This document shows positions 19,429 through 25,066 of a stretch of DNA of 32,000 nt, piece after piece. Position numbers and translations under genes: made by a program. The notes under the pieces were generated by a model. The model saw only the letters and a list, made by a program, of their open reading frames with translations, made no database searches and was not told the origin of the DNA. This stretch comes from Iningainema tapete BLCC-T55 (GTDB lineage Bacteria; Cyanobacteriota; Cyanobacteriia; Cyanobacteriales; Nostocaceae). The DNA is taken from contig NZ_JACXAE010000050.1 in the NCBI RefSeq assembly GCF_014698965.1, positions 109,439 to 141,438 on the forward strand, given 5' to 3'. Position 1 is the first letter of the stretch. Each line of letters begins with the position of its first letter.

Positions 19429-21104
19429 ATGGATTTTGAAATAGTTCTACAAGTAACTGATGCCGCAGTTTTTGCCAAGATACGTAGACATTTAAAAGAC
19501 ATCGAAATCGCCATTCTTCGAGGATCTTGGCAAGGTCAAAATTATGATGATATCGCCAAAATTTATGGCTATACTCCCAAATACCTCAAACAATACGTTG
19601 GTCCGAGGTTATGGCATCTACTTTCAGAAGTACTGGGAGAAAAGGTAAGTAAAACAAACTTTCAAGCAGCACTGGAGAGGCGGGCAACAGTGAGGGAGTG
19701 GGGGAGTACAAGAGTGGGGGAATCTAACCCCCCTCTTCCCCCCGAAGTTCGGGGGGATTAAAGGAGGGTACAGATTGGGGAGAGGCAATTGATGTATCTG
19801 TTTTTTTTGGTCGCCATGATGAACTTACTACCCTCACTCAATGGATAATACAAGATCGCTGCCGTTTGGTAACAATATTAGGTATGGGAGGCATTGGTAA
19901 AACTACTCTCGCCGTTAAACTGGCACAACAAATCCAAGGTGAGTTTGAATACCTGATTTGGCGAAGTCTCCGTCATGCCCCACCCTTAGTCTCAATCTTG
20001 ACAGATTTAAACGAATTACTGACAAAAGAGTCACAAACCGTCATACCAGAAACTGTAGATTGTCAAATCTCCTGCCTGCTAAAAATCTTGCGGCGCAAGC
20101 GCTGTTTGCTCATCCTTGATGATTGGGAGACGGTTCTAAGTAGTGGAGACATAGCTGGCTACTATCGCCAAGGCTATGAAGGTTATGGAGAGTTGCTCAA
20201 GCGTGTAGGAGAAGAACCTCACCAAAGCACATTGGTATTCTTGAGTCGGGAAAAACCAATAGAATTAGCGGAACTTGCGGGTGTTACTTTACCTGTGCGT
20301 GTTTTGCTTCTCAAAGGTTTTCCGCGACAAGATGCTATAAAGCTTTTGGCGACAAAAGGTTTTTCTGAGACAGAAAAAGGTTTAGAAGAACTAATTCAAC
20401 TATACCGAGGTCATCCTACGGCGTTAAAAATTGTTGCCACCACAATTAAAGATTTATTTAATGGTAACATCTGCCAATTTATGCAGCAAAGTTCGTTAGT
20501 GATTGGAGATATTTTTTCTCATCTTTTGAACGAACAATTTGCACGTTTATCTTCTTTAGAAGAAAAAATTATGTACTGGTTGGCAATTGAATGTCAGCCA
20601 ATTTCACTTGAGCAATTAAAAACCAACTTAGGGGTTGGGGTATCTAGTTCTGAGTTACTAGCAGTGCTAGAATCTCTTTCCAGGCGATGTTTGATCGATA
20701 AGGCTAGTCTTTTGCTAATGGAACAAGAACAAACCTCGGTTGATAGTACAGCCTTGTTCACCCTCCAACCTGTGATCATGAAATATGTTACTAATTTATT
20801 TGTAGAAAAAATCTGCCAGAATATTATTGAAGTAATTAGAACCAAGTCTATTGAAAAACTAGGGTTACTTAGAACCCATGCCCTCGTTAAGCAGGAATCA
20901 GATGATGTCCAGCAGTGTCGGCAAGTGCGTCTCATACTTACACGGATTCAGGAGCGTCTACATTTGGTTATGGAAAATACCAATGCTATAAAAGAGCAGC
21001 TACAAAATCTGCTTTCACAATTACGTGGGTATCCCGGACGAGGAAATGGATACGCAGAATACAATCTACAAAAGCTGCTGAGAATAACAGAAACAGGGTG
21101 GTAA
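19429..21104 (+). pseudogene. STAND NTPase (HTH-like N-terminal cap + NB-ARC + winged helix, no C-terminal repeat array), split into two frames by a 1-nt offset
   Basis: Frame 1 (19429-19761) encodes ...AILRGSWQGQNYDDIAKIYGYTPKYLKQYVGPRLWHLLSEVLGEKVSKTNFQAALERR. I recognise this as the N-terminal cap recurrent on cyanobacterial NACHT/NB-ARC-WD40/TPR proteins; the database name, from memory, is 'vWA-MoxR associated protein N-terminal domain'. Frame 3 is open from 19728 and reads ...GTDWGEAIDVSVFFGRHDELTTLTQWIIQDRCRLVTILGMGGIGKTTLAVKLAQ. It carries the P-loop, Walker B CLLILDDWE, LVFLSREKP, GxP motif YRGHPTALKIVA and winged helix IMYWLAIECQPISLEQL. It could also be two real CDSs (19429-19761 and 19866-21104) or an assembly error. 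Confidence 0.7.
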
Positions 21105-21109
21105 CCGCC

Positions 21110-22750
21110 ATGATTTGTCCAGGAGTTATACTTCAAAATCGCTTCCGAGTTGTCCGTCAAATTGGTTGCGGTGGTTTTGGTCAGGTGTTTGAGGTGGATG
21201 ATGGCGGTACACTAAAAGTACTCAAAGTTCTCAGGTTAGAGCGTTTTTATAACCCAACAGTGAAAAATAAGGCGATCGCCCTATTCCAGCGAGAAGCCCA
21301 ATTGTTGAGTAAAATTCGGCATCCCGGCATTCCGCTGGTAGAGCCACCTGGATATTTTACTTGGAGTGAAGGTACAAGTGAGCCGTGGCACTGTCTAGTG
21401 ATGGAGAAAATACCAGGTACTAACTTAGAAGATTGGTTGCAAGCCAGAGGTAATCAACCCATCACCACAGAACAAGCCTGTGAATGGTTAACTCAGTTAG
21501 TAAAAATTATTCAAGAATTACATAAACATCAGTATTTTCACAGAGATATTAAACCATCAAACATTATGCTCAGACCAAACGGGCAGCTAGTGCTGATTGA
21601 TTTTGGTGCTGTGCGAGAAGTGACAACAAGCTACTTACAAAAACAAAAAGGTAACGAAACAGGTACTGTACTTATTTCTGCTGGTTACACACCGTCAGAA
21701 CAAGCTGAAGGTTATGCTGTGCCACAATCAGATTTTTTTGCTCTAGGACGTAGCTTTGTCTATTTACTTACTGGTAAATCACCATTGGAGTTTCCCAAAA
21801 ACCCCCAAACAGGAGAATTAATTTGGCGTGACGAGGCAAATGTATCACAGCATTTGGCAGATTTGATCGAGCGCCTCATGGCTCCTTTTCCTGGACAAAG
21901 ACCGCAAAATTGCCCAGAAATATTACAATACCTACAACAAACTCAACCATACTCCCTTTTGTCATTCGCGCAGACGATACCAGGTATTAGCTCTCTGGTA
22001 TCGAAGTGCAATGCCAAAGATACACCACGCCACAACAAAGGTTTTTATTTAGCTTTAGCTAGTTTATTGTTGTTAGGGGTTGGTGGCTTGTGGAATTTTT
22101 CCCCAACTATTGCTTCCCAATTAAATCGACAAGGGTTTGCTGACTATAAAAACAAACGTTTGAATGCTGCTGAGTTTTACTACAAATTAGCTCTAGTTTT
22201 TCAGCCCAAAAATCCCAAAGCTAATTACAACTTGGGAGTGCTTTACGAAGATCGACAAAATATGCCTAAAGCGCGTGCAGCTTACGAGATATCTGTTCAG
22301 CAGGGTTTTGATAAAGCTTATAACAACTTAGCGCGATTGTATATTTTGGACAACAAATCGGCACTCGCAATGCCTCTGCTCAATTCAGGTTTGCCACTTG
22401 CTCAAGAAACCACAACTAAATATGCAATGTTGAAAAACCTTGGTTGGGCGCAAATGAAATTGGGGCGTTACCAAGAGGCGGAAGTTAATCTGAAAAAGGC
22501 GATTGAACTGAGTGGCACGCGCTCTAGTGCTCATTGTCTCCAAGCTATGCTTTTAGAACGTCAAGGTAGTGTTTCTGTCGCTGCTTGGGATAAGTGTGAT
22601 AAATATTACAAGGACAATGATCCAGATGTAAAGCAGTGGATAGCGTCTCGTACCAAGAAAGATGAAAATTCAAAGGATTACTCTGTTGTATCCTCAGTTG
22701 TTAATGAGCGCGAACCGCAAAGACACAAAAAGAAAGGAATAGGGTTATGA
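21110..22750 (+). CDS. Membrane Ser/Thr protein kinase with extracytoplasmic C-terminal TPR/Sel1-like repeats
   Basis: The first ATG after the upstream TAA (21102-21104) is at 21110. Gly-loop IGCGGFGQVFEV, catalytic loop HRDIKPSNIM, IDFG, TM helix FYLALASLLLLGVGGLWNF, then TPR-like repeats (AEFYYKLALVFQPKNPKANYNLGVLYEDRQNMPKARAAYE...). Confidence 0.9.
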   Translation: MICPGVILQNRFRVVRQIGCGGFGQVFEVDDGGTLKVLKVLRLERFYNPTVKNKAIALFQREAQLLSKIRHPGIPLVEPPGYFTWSEGTSEPWHCLVMEKIPGTNLEDWLQARGNQPITTEQACEWLTQLVKIIQELHKHQYFHRDIKPSNIMLRPNGQLVLIDFGAVREVTTSYLQKQKGNETGTVLISAGYTPSEQAEGYAVPQSDFFALGRSFVYLLTGKSPLEFPKNPQTGELIWRDEANVSQHLADLIERLMAPFPGQRPQNCPEILQYLQQTQPYSLLSFAQTIPGISSLVSKCNAKDTPRHNKGFYLALASLLLLGVGGLWNFSPTIASQLNRQGFADYKNKRLNAAEFYYKLALVFQPKNPKANYNLGVLYEDRQNMPKARAAYEISVQQGFDKAYNNLARLYILDNKSALAMPLLNSGLPLAQETTTKYAMLKNLGWAQMKLGRYQEAEVNLKKAIELSGTRSSAHCLQAMLLERQGSVSVAAWDKCDKYYKDNDPDVKQWIASRTKKDENSKDYSVVSSVVNEREPQRHKKKGIGL

Positions 22751-23664
22751 GGTATGCTGTAATGGGTGCTAAGGGGAAACAAAGAAGTATTTTTCTCCTA
22801 TTTTTTGCTGTTTTGTTTTTGCTTTTGATTTTGGTTGTACCTGAGCGAATCGTGGCAGATGGTGGTAGGAGTAATGAGGTACTGGTTGCACAAAATTGTG
22901 GCAATGGTGATACCTCTGTAGCTCGTAGTCCTACTGATATTCCTTATGTGATTAGTCCTCGCAATACTTTATTATTATCTAATCAGCCAAAGCTACGCTG
23001 GAATTCTCTTTTGGATGCTAAAAGTTATACTGTAAGTCTGGTTAAGGGTGACAAAACTGTTTGGGAAACGACGGTAGGTAAAAATGAAGTTGTGTATCCA
23101 GGAAAACCAGTACTTGAGGCTGGGGTAGAGTATTTATTAAGTGTTAAAGCTGATAGTGGTAAGTCATCGGCAGAAGTACAAGAATCTGCACGGGGATTTA
23201 GGTTATTGCCTACTTCTGTTGCTCAAGTTGTTAAGGTGGCGATCGCTCAATTGAATAGTCAACAAATACCACAGAAGGTGAGAGGATTGGCGAGTGCTTA
23301 TATTTATAGTGGTGCTGATTTGAAGTCGGAGGCGATTGAAACGCTTGAGGCAATGGTGGCTGGTGGGGTTAAGGATGTTAGCGTGCATCATCAATTGGGG
23401 AATCTTTACTGGCTTACGGGTGTGAGTTTGCTCTCGGAGATTAATTATAAGGAAGCTGTTAAGTTGGCGAAGTCTTCTCAGGATTTGCCAGAATTGGCAG
23501 AGATTTCTTCTGCTTTGGGTAGGTTGTATGTGGCGATTGGGGAGAAAGGTGAGGCTGTTAAATGGTTTAGTCAAGCACGTGATGTTTATAAGGCTTTGGG
23601 TAATACGCTACGGGTTAGGGAGTTGAATGGGCAGGTGGATTTGATGAAGAGAAGTTTGATTTGA
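22747..23664 (+). CDS. Signal-anchored periplasmic protein: beta-rich N-domain + C-terminal TPR-like repeats
   Basis: Its ATG overlaps the kinase TGA (ATGA at 22747-22750). Hydrophobic anchor IFLLFFAVLFLLLILVV. C-terminal HHQLGNLYWLTG...ALGRLYVAIGEKGEAVKWFSQARDVYKALGN is TPR-like. I recognise no specific family. Confidence 0.7.
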   Translation: MRYAVMGAKGKQRSIFLLFFAVLFLLLILVVPERIVADGGRSNEVLVAQNCGNGDTSVARSPTDIPYVISPRNTLLLSNQPKLRWNSLLDAKSYTVSLVKGDKTVWETTVGKNEVVYPGKPVLEAGVEYLLSVKADSGKSSAEVQESARGFRLLPTSVAQVVKVAIAQLNSQQIPQKVRGLASAYIYSGADLKSEAIETLEAMVAGGVKDVSVHHQLGNLYWLTGVSLLSEINYKEAVKLAKSSQDLPELAEISSALGRLYVAIGEKGEAVKWFSQARDVYKALGNTLRVRELNGQVDLMKRSLI

Positions 23665-23717
23665 TGAACCGCCAAGACGCCTTCGCGCAGCGTCTCCGCC
23701 AGGAGAAGAGCGCCAAG
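23664..23717. repeat. 54-bp inverted repeat, right copy
   Basis: atgaaccgccaagacgccttcgcgcagcgtctccgccaggagaagagcgccaag. It starts on the last base of the stop codon of the 305-aa gene. Confidence 0.95.
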
Positions 23718-23831
23718 GAAAGAGGAAGAGAGGAAGAGAGGGGAGGTGTATCCGGAATGTGGTGATTTGATTTGGTAGCTATGTTTGTGCCAATTAATTT
23801 TGAAATCACTCTCGAAGTGGAGCTTTGTTGT

Positions 23832-24119
23832 ATGAGTTACCAAGGTTTATCTCAAGATAAAGATGCGCGTAAAGTTGAAGCGACTCTGTTGGTTGAACAT
23901 GCTAATCGGCAGTATGAGGAAGCTTTAATAGCTTACCAAAAGGCACGAGATATTTATCAGGAAATTGGTGAGCAGGTTTTTGCTACTCTTATTTCTCATC
24001 TGATTCAAGGCAACATTTCTAATGTTTCCAATACACAAGAGTTTGTTTCTCCTGTCAGACATACGAAGAACGATCAAGGCATTTGGGATAATCCCCCAAT
24101 TATTAATGGTCCTAAGTAA
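23832..24119 (+). CDS. Hypothetical small protein with a single TPR-like unit; possibly a remnant of a TPR gene
   Basis: The track ORF starts at 23772; the internal ATG at 23832 gives MSYQGLSQDKDARKVEATLLVEHANRQYEEALIAYQKARDIYQEIGEQ... The YxxAL-IYQEIG pattern resembles the TPR units of the CHAT protein downstream. I found no other support. Confidence 0.3.
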   Translation: MSYQGLSQDKDARKVEATLLVEHANRQYEEALIAYQKARDIYQEIGEQVFATLISHLIQGNISNVSNTQEFVSPVRHTKNDQGIWDNPPIINGPK

Positions 24120-24262
24120 TGGAAAAAATCGCTCTCATGCGCTTTATGCTATGCTGGTATAACCGTTAGACTTGTAGTCTACAGCATTTCACAGCAGGGT
24201 TGCAGCGGCAGCGCGATTTTTCCCAAAAATTCAAGATATGCAATTTTGAGACGTTATAGCTT

Positions 24263-24457
24263 ATGACTACCAATTTAGTCAAAAATATTACTGATAAGTC
24301 AAAATCTGAGCATCCTTGGATGAAATTTGCGGGTAAGTATAAGGATGACCCACAATTCGATGATATGCTGGCGGATATAGAAGTATATCGACGTGAACGA
24401 GATGCAGAAATGGCAGAATATTACCGACAACTGGACGCTGAGGAAGAGCAAGCGTGA
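24263..24457 (+). CDS. Small acidic antitoxin-like protein (partner of the PIN gene)
   Basis: 64 aa; PWMKFAGKYKDDPQFDDMLADIEVYRRERDAE matches a motif I recall from cyanobacterial antitoxins encoded upstream of VapC genes. Its stop overlaps the downstream GTG (GTGA). Confidence 0.6.
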   Translation: MTTNLVKNITDKSKSEHPWMKFAGKYKDDPQFDDMLADIEVYRRERDAEMAEYYRQLDAEEEQA

Positions 24458-24714
24458 GTTTAGCTTTAGTATTAGCTTACACACAATTGCAAGAAACATT
24501 AGAAGATTTTAAAACTATCAACGTACTCGAATTCAATCCAAATGCTGCTAATTGCTACACAAAATTACTCAAGCAAAAAATTCGTATCGGTACGCAAGAT
24601 TTACGAATTGCGGCAATTGTAACTTCTCTTAATGGCATTTTAGTAACGCGCAACCAACGAGATTTTTTGCCTGTACCTGGCTTGCACTTTGAAGATTGGA
24701 CAATCGAGGATTAG
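24454..24714 (+). pseudogene. VapC-type PIN-domain toxin, N-terminally truncated (C-terminal ~2/3 only)
   Basis: ...IGTQDLRIAAIVTSLNGILVTRNQRDFLPVPGLHFEDW is the canonical VapC C-terminus. The frame is closed by TGA at 24439-24441, so about 40-50 N-terminal residues, including the first catalytic Asp (DTN motif), are missing. Confidence 0.7.
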
Positions 24715-24747
24715 TGCGCTCAAAATGACATTGAATAATTAATTACT

Positions 24748-25008
24748 ATGCAGAAAACTGACACAAACGCACTTAAACCTATCTTGGACTATTTACCAGA
24801 ACGTATTAAACAGGCAATAGAGGAATACTCTCAAGAAACCCAACTTCCCCCGGAATTGGTGATTGAGTTGGCGATAGCTCATTTCTTAGATGTAGACTCT
24901 GTGACTTTTGACGATTGTCGGATTGAGTCACCAGGTATTCTTAGAGAACAGAATAAAATCCTCAAGATTCAGTTAGCAGCTATCGAGGGTGCTCGCTCAA
25001 GTACGTAG
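24748..25008 (+). CDS. Conserved small protein, copy 1 (86 aa; possibly RHH/DUF2811-like)
   Basis: It is a paralogue of 31725-32000. Most nucleotide differences between the copies are synonymous, so both copies appear to be under purifying selection. LPPELVIELAIAHFL resembles RHH/antitoxin-like helices, but this assignment is weak. Confidence 0.7.
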   Translation: MQKTDTNALKPILDYLPERIKQAIEEYSQETQLPPELVIELAIAHFLDVDSVTFDDCRIESPGILREQNKILKIQLAAIEGARSST

Positions 25009-25066
25009 TTCATCATTTTCTCCTAACCTGTCATCAGCGAGATAAAATTAAGGTAAAGCTTTTCTC

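Larger units (their letters stand above)
24127..25008. repeat. Direct repeat copy 1 (shared leader + first 8 codons, and shared small gene; middle is cassette-specific)
   Basis: 24127-24290 aligns with 31127-31287 with small indels. 24741-25000 aligns with 31718-31975, with about 20 mismatches in 250 nt by hand count. Confidence 0.85.

Noticed and set aside
20915-21109. Upstream extension of the kinase ORF (track start 20915)
   Set aside because: The extension overlaps the 3' end of the NB-ARC gene in another frame and encodes no kinase subdomain. The ATG at 21110, 5 nt after the NB-ARC stop, begins directly before the Gly-loop.
20594-21160. Minus-strand ORFs 20594-20935 and 20948-21160
   Set aside because: They are antisense to the NB-ARC and kinase coding sequence and carry no recognisable domain.
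19282-23717. Classical IS or composite transposon
   Set aside because: No transposase or integrase is encoded between or near the 54-bp inverted repeats, and I could identify no target-site duplication. I therefore report it only as a repeat-bracketed unit.
23203-23843. Minus-strand ORFs 23203-23574, 23586-23843 and 23615-23809
   Set aside because: The first is antisense to the 305-aa gene. The others read through the 54-bp repeat and a purine-rich tract (…SSSLPLSLALFSWRRRCAKASWRF), a typical repeat-derived pseudo-ORF.
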